Origin: a virus
Taxonomy: Duplodnaviria > Caudoviricetes
Strand: one strand, 5' to 3'
Length of the DNA: 27,793 nucleotides
Virus record (IMG/VR): IMGVR_UViG_3300020044_004952
Span: 1-27,793 of that record
In this document: in pieces, positions 6,393 to 16,006 of the stretch
How positions within the stretch are numbered: position 1 is the first letter of the stretch
Layout of the letters: each line of letters opens with the position of its first letter
Made by a program: the position numbers and the translations under genes
Notes under the pieces: model-generated
Seen by the model: the letters and a program-made list of their open reading frames with translations, nothing else
What the model was told of the DNA's origin: nothing
Databases searched by the model: none

Positions 6393-9331
6393 GGCAATAT
6401 TTCAGTAACCGTAAACGTAGCGTAGTCCGATGCACCGAAGAAGCTACTTGCGGCACTGGTTCTCAGTAAAGTTGCAGTTGATGATGCGGCTGGACCAAAA
6501 CGCAGCTTAAAGGTAGTAGCTGAAGTCGCTCCAGCAATGACGATAGCTTTAGCAACAATTGGCATTAAATAGTTGCTTGATGAAAGAGTGGCAATTGTCG
6601 CCTGTATGGCGTCGGCACCAGAGTCACGAAAAATCGTAAATGTAACCGTTTGCAAATTGGAAGCTGAAAAATAAGCATTGAAATCAATTAAAAGTGTTGA
6701 GCTAGAGTTGGTTGGAGTAATGCTTACAGTTATAAACTCCGAACCTTCTGTTGATTGCGGAATAGTGTCATCAACAGGAATTATGCTCGTAGTTGTCGCG
6801 GGAGTGTTAGTCGTAGCCACTACTACCTGCGCCACTTTCCCACCCCCACCACTCGGAGTCTGCCAAGTCGCCGCCGTGCTGCTCGTCGCCGTCAGCACCT
6901 GCCCGCTTGTCGGTGCCGTAGCACCCGAAACTGAGACGGTGGTCGTTGCGGTTTTGAGGCCCAGCGCGGCGGTGGCTTCGCCTGCGGTGAGGCTAGTCGC
7001 AGTTCCTGTTGCGTTAGTTAGCACCACTGCGGATGGAGTCCCTAGCGCGGGAGTTGTCAGCGTTGGCGATGTTCCAAGCACGATGCTGCCGCTACCTGTT
7101 ACGTTTTGGCCTAGCGCAGTTGCAACGCCTGTGCCGAGGGATGTGATGCCGGTGCCGCCGTTTGCTGCGGGTAGGGTGCCTGTTACGTCCGTAGCAAGGT
7201 CGATTGCGTTGCGGGTGATGGTCTGCCCGCTGATGGTGATGTAGTCTGGAGTGCCTGCTAGGGTTACATCGCCGCTATTGCTTCCAGCCAAGTCCAGCGT
7301 GGTCTTCATTGTCGCGGCATTGACGCCTATCTGGATGGTGCCGCTGCTGGTGATAGGACTGCCAGAATCAACCTCGATGCCGTCTGTGCCGCTTATTGCT
7401 ACGCTGGTCACGGTGCCAGTGCCGCTACCCGTCGCACTTAGCGTAGTGCCGCTCATGCTAAGACCTGAGCCGAGCGTAATTTCTTGCGGGTCGCCGCTGC
7501 CGCTGTCGCCACGGCCTAGCAGCCTGCTAGCCGCTGAGACGTTTTGCATCTTTGCGTATGTCACCGCGTCGTTGGCGATGGTGGCCGCAAATGAGCCTGT
7601 GCCGCTACCTGTTACGTCTCCGGTCAGGCTGATAGTCTGGTCGCCTGTGTTGACGCCGCTGTTGGTTCCTGTGATGTCGGAGGTTAGCGCTACGGTTCCA
7701 GAGGCGTCAGGAAGCGCAATGGCGCGGTCTGCCGAGGCTGTTCCTGTTAGCGTGGTGCGGGTGCCCGTTGCGCCTAGGCCGATGCTGCCTGTGCCTGAAG
7801 TGTCTATGCTGCCACCGCCTGACGTGTTGATATTGCCCCCTGGCAAAAACGCAGAAGCGCTGGTGTTAATGTTACCGCCTGCATATTGGTTGTATGCTGC
7901 GGTTGTGATAGCGCCACCAGCCGCGCCTGCTTGCCCGCTAGCGCCATCGCCGCCTGACATTGTGATAGCGCCAGCAATTCCTCCATCTTCTCCTGCGTTA
8001 GCTCCAGCGTTTCCGCCTTCGATGGAAATTGAGCCACCTAATCCGCCCGTTTGCGCTCCGTTGTCAGCGCCGGGTAGCCCTGTGATTTTATTTAGGTTGC
8101 GCGGGTCATAGACCGCTTTGGTCATATCGCCTGTGCCGCCACCGCTAGGAGTGCCGTATTGCAGACTCCCGTCCGTGTCGATGCCGTTTACGAACTGCCC
8201 AGCGCTCCCTGTGTTGCGCTTTACGCCGCCTATGACGGTCGTTGTCGGTGCTGGCAAGGTGTAAGCATTCGCGCCCGCCTCAATGCCGTCCAGCTTTGTA
8301 ATTTGCGCCGCCGTAGCTAAGCCATCCTGCGATGCTGTAGCGTCACGGATTTTGTCAGTGCCGCCTGTGACGTGAGTGGATGCATGAGCTGCCACGCTGC
8401 CATTGCTCGCCGCAGTAATGCGCCCCTTAGCGTCCACGGTGATGTTTGCGTTGGTGTAACTCGCTGGATTAACTGCGGTGTTGGCTAGCGTAGCCGATGC
8501 ACTGCCGGGACCGCTTGCACTAACATCACCTGTAAGCGCCGTTATGTAATTGCCTGCTGGCTGCTTAGCATTCCACGTTGCCGAGCTAGCGATGTAAGCA
8601 TCTGCCAACGTGCCCGACGTGATGCTTGATGCATTGAGCGCGGTCAGTCCTGATCCGACGTTGTTAGCCAATGCCCGAAGCGCCGCATTCAAACGAGCCT
8701 GAGCATTGACCACAATGATGCCAGTCGATGCATGGACGCGAGATACAACAGCGATAGACTGAGCTTCGCCTGTTGTTGGAAGTGCGCCAAGCAGTCCAGC
8801 CGTTCCCACGAATAGCTCTTGGTTGATACTGTAGCTGTTCGTTGCTAAACCCGTGACTTCACCGACGACCACGGCGTTGCCTTCAGCGTTTGCAATTAGC
8901 TGAGAGTCAGTGATGCCGATGGACGGCATCTTAGCCGAGTTGGTGTAATCAGCCGCCGCCACTTCGACTTCGCCGCTTGAGCCTACGCTGCCAGTCGCAT
9001 AGACAGGCGTGCCTTTTGCTATGGTAACGCCGCTGGTGTTCTTGATATGGACGTAAAGACTGCCAGCGATGTTGCCGTGGATGTGACCCAACGTGGACAG
9101 CCCCGTAAAGGTCTGATTAACGCCTGTGAGCGTGTCAGTCGTCTTGTTGTAGGTCAGCCCTGCGTCACCACCAAAAGCGCCGGCGTCGTTGAATTGCACC
9201 TGCGTATTCGTCCCGCCAGGAGTGCCACCGCCGCCGCTTCCCGGCGGTCCCTGTGGCCCCGGTGCTGAGATGGTCACTCGGTTGCCAGAACGCACCGTGA
9301 CGCTGTTGCCTGTCTGGATGGTAACACTCAT
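6389..9331 (-). CDS. Tail fibre protein, 980 aa
   Basis: G/T/S/A-rich, with a short collagen-like PGPQGPPG, QVQFNDAGAFGG, NITVDAKGRITAASNG and repeated LTGDVxxSG motifs. Confidence 0.85.
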   Translation of the reverse strand: MSVTIQTGNSVTVRSGNRVTISAPGPQGPPGSGGGGTPGGTNTQVQFNDAGAFGGDAGLTYNKTTDTLTGVNQTFTGLSTLGHIHGNIAGSLYVHIKNTSGVTIAKGTPVYATGSVGSSGEVEVAAADYTNSAKMPSIGITDSQLIANAEGNAVVVGEVTGLATNSYSINQELFVGTAGLLGALPTTGEAQSIAVVSRVHASTGIIVVNAQARLNAALRALANNVGSGLTALNASSITSGTLADAYIASSATWNAKQPAGNYITALTGDVSASGPGSASATLANTAVNPASYTNANITVDAKGRITAASNGSVAAHASTHVTGGTDKIRDATASQDGLATAAQITKLDGIEAGANAYTLPAPTTTVIGGVKRNTGSAGQFVNGIDTDGSLQYGTPSGGGTGDMTKAVYDPRNLNKITGLPGADNGAQTGGLGGSISIEGGNAGANAGEDGGIAGAITMSGGDGASGQAGAAGGAITTAAYNQYAGGNINTSASAFLPGGNINTSGGGSIDTSGTGSIGLGATGTRTTLTGTASADRAIALPDASGTVALTSDITGTNSGVNTGDQTISLTGDVTGSGTGSFAATIANDAVTYAKMQNVSAASRLLGRGDSGSGDPQEITLGSGLSMSGTTLSATGSGTGTVTSVAISGTDGIEVDSGSPITSSGTIQIGVNAATMKTTLDLAGSNSGDVTLAGTPDYITISGQTITRNAIDLATDVTGTLPAANGGTGITSLGTGVATALGQNVTGSGSIVLGTSPTLTTPALGTPSAVVLTNATGTATSLTAGEATAALGLKTATTTVSVSGATAPTSGQVLTATSSTAATWQTPSGGGGKVAQVVVATTNTPATTTSIIPVDDTIPQSTEGSEFITVSITPTNSSSTLLIDFNAYFSASNLQTVTFTIFRDSGADAIQATIATLSSSNYLMPIVAKAIVIAGATSATTFKLRFGPAASSTATLLRTSAASSFFGASDYATFTVTEILP

Positions 9332-9699
9332 GCTTCTTGGTCAACGATGATTGGACCCTGCATCAGAGGGTTAATTGCGCCGCCTGGAACTAGCGCATTG
9401 AGGTCGTAAAAGTAAGTGCCGGGAACTAACTGGTCAGTCTCAGCCGCTGGAACGGTTAGCGTAAACGTCCCGCTTGCCGCGCTGGTGATTGCAAAGTCAC
9501 CATCTTCGCTTGTCCACGTTGCCGCAGGATCACCGCCTGCTTTGCGTTCGACCATCGCCATCGTGAACTGATAGCCAGTGATGTCGATTGCAACGCCATC
9601 TGGGTCTTGATACGTAAACGCCGCTGTAAAGTCTGCACCCTGATGGATGTAGAGCGGCTGGTCTGCCTGATTCGGCGGTGTGTTGTTGTCGCAAGCCAT
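9328..9699 (-). CDS. BppU/LtfC-like beta-sandwich virion protein
   Basis: IHQGADF...DPDGVAIDITGY...GTYFYDL...QGPIIVD pattern, upstream of the fibre gene. Confidence 0.65.
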   Translation of the reverse strand: MACDNNTPPNQADQPLYIHQGADFTAAFTYQDPDGVAIDITGYQFTMAMVERKAGGDPAATWTSEDGDFAITSAASGTFTLTVPAAETDQLVPGTYFYDLNALVPGGAINPLMQGPIIVDQEA

Positions 9700-9714
9700 C
9701 GAATAGCGGAAAAG

Positions 9715-10371
9715 TCAAAGTAGCGAAGCGCTGCCTTGAATATCAATTTGATTATTGCCCCAGGAATTTGCTTGGAAAACTAGAAGTCCAGCAGGATCTT
9801 CGCTCAGCACTGCATACCAATCGCCAGTGTCAGGATTTTTACTCAGACGAAAAAGCTCTTTGCGCCTCCACCCAAGCGAGCAGTTGCCAGTGTCAGGATC
9901 TATGATGGACTCGGTGAGCAGGTATTCGGGCGTTGCGTCGGGCTCTTGAATAATTTCCAATGCAATATCGCCAGCCGAATCAATGCGGATAACTTGCCAG
10001 CTTACTATCTCATCTTCGGAAATATCAATCGGCGTTTGCGGCCTTGAGTCCGTAACAGCAACATACGGGAAATAGCAATACACCAAATAATCGTGTTCGG
10101 CCAAACGGCTAAACGGCAAGGTGAAAGTTGAGCCGGGAGGGAATGATGGATAGGTAAAGGTAAAGCCATTCATCCACACCGCGCCAACCGTGAATGAAAC
10201 GGAAATGATCCCAAGCGTAATGGAAGATGATGGAGCGATAGGAATCTGGGTGCCCTTGACGTAAACCGTGTTTCCAATCTCTGCGACTAGCTCAGCATTA
10301 TCCACGGTCAAACCGCGATCAGTCAGCGCCTTAGCCCATAATCGAAATGTTCTTTTTCTTACTAGGCTCAT
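9715..10371 (-). CDS. Hypothetical tail-tip region protein
   Basis: 218 aa ORF, translationally coupled within the tail operon. Confidence 0.65.
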   Translation of the reverse strand: MSLVRKRTFRLWAKALTDRGLTVDNAELVAEIGNTVYVKGTQIPIAPSSSITLGIISVSFTVGAVWMNGFTFTYPSFPPGSTFTLPFSRLAEHDYLVYCYFPYVAVTDSRPQTPIDISEDEIVSWQVIRIDSAGDIALEIIQEPDATPEYLLTESIIDPDTGNCSLGWRRKELFRLSKNPDTGDWYAVLSEDPAGLLVFQANSWGNNQIDIQGSASLL

Positions 10372-10940
10372 AGAAAAGAAAACAAAATGTGATGATTGGC
10401 TTGAATCTTGAGCGAGACGTTTTGCTTTAGCAGTTGGTGCGTCGTGTCCTCGGTCACGTAAGCGATAGGGATAGCAATTGACGACTCAGAGACCGATTGA
10501 CCAGTGATGCTAAACGAGCCCAAGAAAGCTAACGGGTCGCTGATTTCAGCAAGCGGGAGAATGGTTTGCCCGCCATTCTGAACTATGAAATAAGACTCAA
10601 TCGGGTTTGTGATTTGGTATGGCACGTTAGCAATTGTCGTGATGCGAAGGACAATCCAAGCTGGTAGCGTAGTCAGCACAAAGCCGCCGTTGTCGGTAAT
10701 CGTCCAGGTCGACGGGCGAGCGCTGCCTGAAAAGCTGCTTATCAAGCCCTTCTGCATCGTGACGGTATTTCCCGACCTTGAAACCTTAAACGGGTGCCCA
10801 GTGTCGGCTTGAGTCCTTGCCATGTCCAAGAAGTCATCGTTGCCAATCATGTTTTCGCGGCCATTTGTTAGCACCCGAGAGATTAGAGATTGAATCAATC
10901 TCCATGCCTTGCGTGATGATGCCAGAGAGCTTGATTTCAT
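10368..10940 (-). CDS. Hypothetical tail-tip region protein
   Basis: 190 aa coupled ORF with HPFKVS and IPIAY motifs. Confidence 0.65.
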   Translation of the reverse strand: MKSSSLASSRKAWRLIQSLISRVLTNGRENMIGNDDFLDMARTQADTGHPFKVSRSGNTVTMQKGLISSFSGSARPSTWTITDNGGFVLTTLPAWIVLRITTIANVPYQITNPIESYFIVQNGGQTILPLAEISDPLAFLGSFSITGQSVSESSIAIPIAYVTEDTTHQLLKQNVSLKIQANHHILFSFL

Positions 10941-11479
10941 TAGTTTAAGACTCCGTCAATGCCGAGCGTGCCGACCGTTTCAAAGATAATGTTGCTGCGG
11001 ATTAAAACTTCGATGTTTGAACCTTCGCGGTAGGCAATTGGTATAATGACCCTGCCGGGAGAATCAATGCTTCCGTCTGGAAAGACGCTCGCGCGAATGT
11101 TAAAGTCATTGCCAAGAAGCCACGTCGGAAGCGCGGTTAGTGTTATCCCGCTAAAAATAAACGATGCTGGCGATGAGCTAGCGTCAATCTCGGTGACTTG
11201 CGGCGTAAACTCAAAGCCGACTGAAATGTAGCCGTCTCCAGGCGGAATGTCGCCAAGAATGGAATATGAGACGCCGTTGATGGAAATGCCAATGTTAGGA
11301 ATCGAAGATCCGCTAGACTCGCTTTGGCCTTGCTCGATGTGCTGATCTCCACCAGAGATAATCTTGTCGAAGTCTTCGCTGGTAATGCCTGCGTATTTCA
11401 GCGCGGGGCCAAGGTAGGATTTAATCCAGCCCCACCGAGCGAGACCTTTCCCGTGATCGTCCTTTTTGCGCGGCTTCAT
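10940..11479 (-). CDS. Hypothetical tail-tip region protein
   Basis: 179 aa coupled ORF with an IPIAY motif. Confidence 0.65.
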   Translation of the reverse strand: MKPRKKDDHGKGLARWGWIKSYLGPALKYAGITSEDFDKIISGGDQHIEQGQSESSGSSIPNIGISINGVSYSILGDIPPGDGYISVGFEFTPQVTEIDASSSPASFIFSGITLTALPTWLLGNDFNIRASVFPDGSIDSPGRVIIPIAYREGSNIEVLIRSNIIFETVGTLGIDGVLN

Positions 11480-12312
11480 CAGAAGGTTTTAAGAGCATTA
11501 AAGATGTGAGTTTCCTGCACAAACCAGACGTTAGTTCCAACTAAGTTTTCCGCTTCTCTAGCCACAATAGTCCAGCCGTTCGGCCAATGATATTTTATTG
11601 GACTATCATCTCCTTCAAGAAGCGGAGGATTAAAGACTCCGGGATTAACCGGCGGCGCTTGAGCGCTTGGAATATCAGCCATTGACGGAGCGCCATTGAA
11701 TACTCGAACGTAAGAAGAACGGACTTCTGGACGCGGCCAAAGAATGTCACCTGAACGCGGGTCGCTCCATCCTCCAGGCTCAAGATTAACAGCTACGTTC
11801 TCAATGCCCATCTCACGCGCTGCCGTGGACAGGTTAATTTTTTGGTCCTTGTTGCGAAGGATACCGCGATACTTTACGTTAGCGCGAAAGTAATTAAACT
11901 CAGGATCAAGCTTTTCAAAGCTAACGTCTGAAACATACATTCCGCCTTGCTCGCTGGATGTGCTTCCAATTGCAAAAACATTGCGACCAATAGTTATCCA
12001 AGTTTCAGATCCATCATCAAAGCCTTCTTGGTTTTGCGTCCAACTCGAATTAATCTTTCGATTTGTTTTTGTGCCGTAAATGCCAATGCCAGTTACGCTT
12101 AACTCAGCCGTGTTTTCTGGCTCAAATTTTACCTCAACGTCACGCGCTTGGAAAGTGCCGTATGGCGAGGGCAAAAAGTTGCCAGGGCTAATCTGCGTGG
12201 GCGAGTCAGTAAAGTAAGTTCCGCTCAGTTCGTCCAGCCCATCCCAGCGGCGGCGAATGGTTACGCCATCCAGCCAGAAATCATGCTGTCCGTTCCATTC
12301 GACCTCGTTCAT
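11479..12312 (-). CDS. Putative distal tail/baseplate protein
   Basis: 277 aa beta-rich ORF after the tape measure; positional inference only. Confidence 0.6.
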   Translation of the reverse strand: MNEVEWNGQHDFWLDGVTIRRRWDGLDELSGTYFTDSPTQISPGNFLPSPYGTFQARDVEVKFEPENTAELSVTGIGIYGTKTNRKINSSWTQNQEGFDDGSETWITIGRNVFAIGSTSSEQGGMYVSDVSFEKLDPEFNYFRANVKYRGILRNKDQKINLSTAAREMGIENVAVNLEPGGWSDPRSGDILWPRPEVRSSYVRVFNGAPSMADIPSAQAPPVNPGVFNPPLLEGDDSPIKYHWPNGWTIVAREAENLVGTNVWFVQETHIFNALKTF

Positions 12313-12321
12313 GGTGTGTTG

Positions 12322-12960
12322 TTAGCCTTGGATGTCCAGTTGCATCTCAGCCGCTAGGATTGCGCCAATGACCGCCGTAGCCGTAGCTGAATCGACGATG
12401 TTGACTGTGATTCGAATGTCGAGCCAATCGCCAGGAGAAAGGGAAGTCGATGTGATGTCGAAGTCCTTGTTCCCAAAGGTGAGAGACTTGATAGTCGTTG
12501 CGGCGGTCGTGCAAAGGTCAGAGCCCATCCCGGTTGTCCCGTCCTGCGCCATCTTGTAACACTCAACGTCCACCGTAGCAACGCCGCTGGAGAGCGTCGT
12601 AATCATCCCAGCGTGAAGCGTGACGCGCACCGATTGCCCAGCGACATACTCAGCAGGCAGGCAGAAGCTAACGCGAGCATAGCGGGTTACGGTGGTGTTC
12701 TTCACATCGCCCGTGCCGATGTAGGGCGGCGCCGCTCCAAACGTGCCAGTGATGAGCCCAAGGTCGTCAGCCGCGCTTGTTCCCGGCAACGCCGTGGCGT
12801 AAGCGTCCCAAACTCGGAAGCGTTCCAATGGAATTTGAAACACGGTGAAGTCGTCTTGAATCAGACTTGAGCGTGGATAGCTGGGAAGGTTTCCACGGAC
12901 AACGAGATCGCCCTCAACGTCGAGGTTGGTGGGCATTCGGAGGGTTTGAGCTGCGGCCAT
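12322..12960 (-). CDS. Hypothetical virion structural protein
   Basis: 212 aa T/A/G-rich ORF immediately after the tape measure. Confidence 0.65.
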   Translation of the reverse strand: MAAAQTLRMPTNLDVEGDLVVRGNLPSYPRSSLIQDDFTVFQIPLERFRVWDAYATALPGTSAADDLGLITGTFGAAPPYIGTGDVKNTTVTRYARVSFCLPAEYVAGQSVRVTLHAGMITTLSSGVATVDVECYKMAQDGTTGMGSDLCTTAATTIKSLTFGNKDFDITSTSLSPGDWLDIRITVNIVDSATATAVIGAILAAEMQLDIQG

Positions 12961-12976
12961 ATAAAAAGGAGAATTG

Positions 12977-14572
12977 TCAAACTATGTTAAGCCTTTGTTC
13001 AACAAGCGCGTAAAATTTTTCTAGCAGTATCTCTCCACTGCTTACCGCTGTTTTCACACTTGATTGGACGGGCTTTAGCTTTGAAGCGTCAAGCATTGGA
13101 GTCTGCGGCCTTGCAAAGTTAGGATTTACTTCATTTTTAATAAAGTCACTCATGCCGCCAAATCCGCGCTCATAGGCTTTTGCTCTTTTTTCGTCGGACT
13201 CTTTGCGCCTAGTGGCCGCTCTTCCTCTAGCTTCATCAGCGCCGCCTTGACGCTCAAACGAGTAACCCTGAATGCGTCCTTCCTTCTTGCCGCCACCATC
13301 CGCCGCTTCATCTGCTGCGTCTTGGAGTCCTTGCATTCTTTCGGCAATCTCCATCGCCTCCTTTGCGTTCTTGCCAAGCTGTTGCTGAATCTCACGCGCT
13401 TTATTTTTGACGGCAATCTCACGCTCCGCCTGCTTGATCGCTTCTTGGTCGCCCGTCGCCTTAGCCTCTAAGATTTTGATTTCATCCTCAAGCGATTGAG
13501 CAAAGGTCTTTTGGCTTTCGACTTTGCTTTGTCTAATTTGCTTTTCACGTTTAGCTGCCTCGTTGATCGCGTCTTGTTTTCTCTTGGCTTGGTCGAGATA
13601 ATCAAGAAATTGGCGATAAGGATCAAGCACTGATTGAGCAGCTTTAGCTTGATCCTGAATGTTTTTGCCTATGTCGTAAGTATTCTTTTTTTGCTTTTCA
13701 GAAATTTTTTCCGCCTCTTTAGCTGCCGCCGCTTCTGTTGCTGCCGCTCTTGCCGCCGCTTTTGATGCCCTTTCTCTTTCTCGATTCATAGCAGCTGCGT
13801 CTGCTTCTCCTGAACCAAATCCTTCATAAAGAGCATCTGAAAAAGAAGCGCCCCCTCCAGCTAATTTTTGCGCTGCTTTTCCAACGCCTGTAAGTATAGC
13901 AATAAGCGCGCCTGCGCCCGAATAAGTATTGGCAAGAAATCCATCCATCTCGTCGTTCATTGCGGCAATATTATTTACCGCCGAATCAGACATTGCGTTG
14001 GCGTCATTCATCAACCCTACAATTTGCTCTCTTGATGCCTCAAATATGGGAATAAGATTGCCAGCGCTTTTTCCAAACAAATCCAGCATTGAATTGTAGC
14101 CGTCGCCTGTTGCCTTGGCTTGGCCAAACGCATCTCGTAAAGCAAGAATCTTTTCATCTAATGTCATCTTAGAAAGCGACTCAGCGGTAACTCCAAACTT
14201 TTTCAATGCATTTACCGCATCTTCATTTTCAGAATCGCCCATTGCTTTTTCAAGCTTTAAAAAACTTGAAACAAGCCCATCTATATCCACGCTAGCCAAT
14301 TGCTTTGTTGCAAATTCCACGCGCTGAATTGTTTCCGCGCTTTCTCCTAACCTAATTGCAGCATCGGCAAGGTCATCATAGCTATCCATCATGCTTTTGA
14401 TGCCGCCTATACCCGCAGCTCCAAGAAAGCCGCTCATCATGTTGCCTGAAAAAGCGCTGGAAAATGAAGATTTTACATTTTTTGAAAAACCATCGACCTG
14501 CTGACGTGCTCTTCCCAAGCCGCTAGTAAGCTCCTTCCCATCAACGCCGAGTGTGATTGATACGTCTGCCAT
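12977..14572 (-). CDS. Tail tape measure protein (short, 531 aa)
   Basis: MADVSITLGVD start, A/K/E-rich helical sequence, DLFGKSAGNLIP motif; follows the tail chaperone. Confidence 0.85.
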   Translation of the reverse strand: MADVSITLGVDGKELTSGLGRARQQVDGFSKNVKSSFSSAFSGNMMSGFLGAAGIGGIKSMMDSYDDLADAAIRLGESAETIQRVEFATKQLASVDIDGLVSSFLKLEKAMGDSENEDAVNALKKFGVTAESLSKMTLDEKILALRDAFGQAKATGDGYNSMLDLFGKSAGNLIPIFEASREQIVGLMNDANAMSDSAVNNIAAMNDEMDGFLANTYSGAGALIAILTGVGKAAQKLAGGGASFSDALYEGFGSGEADAAAMNRERERASKAAARAAATEAAAAKEAEKISEKQKKNTYDIGKNIQDQAKAAQSVLDPYRQFLDYLDQAKRKQDAINEAAKREKQIRQSKVESQKTFAQSLEDEIKILEAKATGDQEAIKQAEREIAVKNKAREIQQQLGKNAKEAMEIAERMQGLQDAADEAADGGGKKEGRIQGYSFERQGGADEARGRAATRRKESDEKRAKAYERGFGGMSDFIKNEVNPNFARPQTPMLDASKLKPVQSSVKTAVSSGEILLEKFYALVEQRLNIV

Positions 14573-14796
14573 CAGTTAGTCAGTTTTGTCAATATGCCCT
14601 TGAACCATCGACCGTCTGGCGTGCTTTCCAAATCGGGCCATGTCATCGCTTCTCCGTCTAACAAGCGCTGAGCGTGAAACATAGCGTAACCCTTGGAGAG
14701 CGGCATATGCCATTCGATGTCTTGGTCAGTTCGGCCTGTCGCTTTATGCACTACGGCTAAGTATAGCGCATCAGGAACAGGCCATGCTAGTTTCCC
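14572..14796 (-). CDS. Tail assembly chaperone GT extension reached by -1 frameshift
   Basis: G GGA AAC slippery heptamer (14790-14796) just before the G stop. The -1 frame (LAWPVPDALYLAVVHKATG...GILTKLTN) stays open to a TGA overlapping the tape-measure ATG. Confidence 0.85.
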   Translation of the reverse strand, partial: GKLAWPVPDALYLAVVHKATGRTDQDIEWHMPLSKGYAMFHAQRLLDGEAMTWPDLESTPDGRWFKGILTKLTN

Positions 14797-15233
14797 ATTT
14801 GTGAGTCATTTGAAGGGATGGGAACGGCTTGGTTGACTCTGGAGTCGGTCACGATTTGGTTAGCCAGTTCCAAGATAGCCTCGTTGTCATCGTTGCCGAC
14901 GTTGGTGTCAGCCCATCGCCAAATCTCTGCGCTCATGGCTTGCGCGTTGCGACGCTTGGTGATGATGTCGTCTGAAGACTGGAGGCAAAGCCAGACAATC
15001 TTCACAGCGTCGTCGAGGAAGGTTGGATCTTCGCCGTCGAGATTCCGAAGGCGAATCCACTCCCGGCGGCGACCAGATGAGAACGGCTCCAGCGGTTGGC
15101 CTTTCCATTCGTGCTGAGCGTCGAAAGCTTGCTCACGCTGCTCCTGAATCGGGTCTGCGGTTTGGGTGTGGTCGTCAACAAACGCCACGGTGGGCGCTTC
15201 CGTCTGTTCGTTCTTTAGTTCGATGTCGTTCAT
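14787..15233 (-). CDS. Tail assembly chaperone (gpG-like)
   Basis: Lies upstream of the tape measure and ends ...QMGN on a slippery site. Confidence 0.8.
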   Translation of the reverse strand: MNDIELKNEQTEAPTVAFVDDHTQTADPIQEQREQAFDAQHEWKGQPLEPFSSGRRREWIRLRNLDGEDPTFLDDAVKIVWLCLQSSDDIITKRRNAQAMSAEIWRWADTNVGNDDNEAILELANQIVTDSRVNQAVPIPSNDSQMGN

Positions 15234-15985
15234 GCTAAATTGAAGTGTTTCTTGACCTTGTCCATGATGTTGCCGCTTGCGCCTTCCATGACGTAAGCCC
15301 TTCGGAGCGAGTTAGGCTTGCGGATCAGCACTGAGCTTTTGGCGGCGTAGATTGCGCCCATCAACTCGCGTCGAGCCTTGAGCCCGTTGTATGCCGCCAT
15401 GAAATCACTGTCGAAGTCTTTCAGGTTTCCAGCCCTCAATTCCTTAAGCAATTCAGCGGAGTCGATTGCGTATTCTCCGAGCGGCCCCATGATGTCCATG
15501 CCCATCGCCGGCACTGAAAAGCGGTGTGCGTTGCCGTGGCCGTCGATGCCGCAAACAGGCACGCCGATAACGCCGAGCGCTGCTACTGCGTCGATGTCGC
15601 CTGTTTGAATCATCACAGCTTCGGGAGCGTGAGCCGTGCCGCGCTCGTAAATGGTCGACTGCCTGCCAGAGATGTATTTCAGCCGCTGTTGCTCGCCTTT
15701 CTTTATCCAGTCAATGAGGCGGTTAAGGTTGTGCATCGCACGCATTGCCATTAGTAGCGGATGCATTGGCGTCTGCGTTTCCATCGTGCCTTCACGAAAG
15801 TCCTTTTGCACGGCTGATAGGCGAGACTTTGGAAATCCCGGCGCGGTTGCTTCACCGATGAAAAAGACGCAAGCACGATGCCCGCTAGATGCGTCCATTT
15901 GCTTTTCGACTCGGATAGGAAAGCCGAGTGATGCGTAGCAGGCCGCAAGTTGTGTGTTGCTCTCAGGAGCGCTCCATTGTTCCAT
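15230..15985 (-). CDS. Hypothetical protein, 251 aa, with possible internal duplication
   Basis: Long ORF with AC-rich leader; two similar segments SNTQLAACYASLGFP and GDIDAVAALGVIGVP. Confidence 0.7.
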   Translation of the reverse strand: MEQWSAPESNTQLAACYASLGFPIRVEKQMDASSGHRACVFFIGEATAPGFPKSRLSAVQKDFREGTMETQTPMHPLLMAMRAMHNLNRLIDWIKKGEQQRLKYISGRQSTIYERGTAHAPEAVMIQTGDIDAVAALGVIGVPVCGIDGHGNAHRFSVPAMGMDIMGPLGEYAIDSAELLKELRAGNLKDFDSDFMAAYNGLKARRELMGAIYAAKSSVLIRKPNSLRRAYVMEGASGNIMDKVKKHFNLA

Positions 15986-16006
15986 GTAATCGTTCTTGGT
16001 TAGGTG

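Noticed and set aside
6678-8111. Long plus-strand V/P/L-rich ORFs
   Set aside because: Antisense of the T/G/S-rich tail fibre codons.
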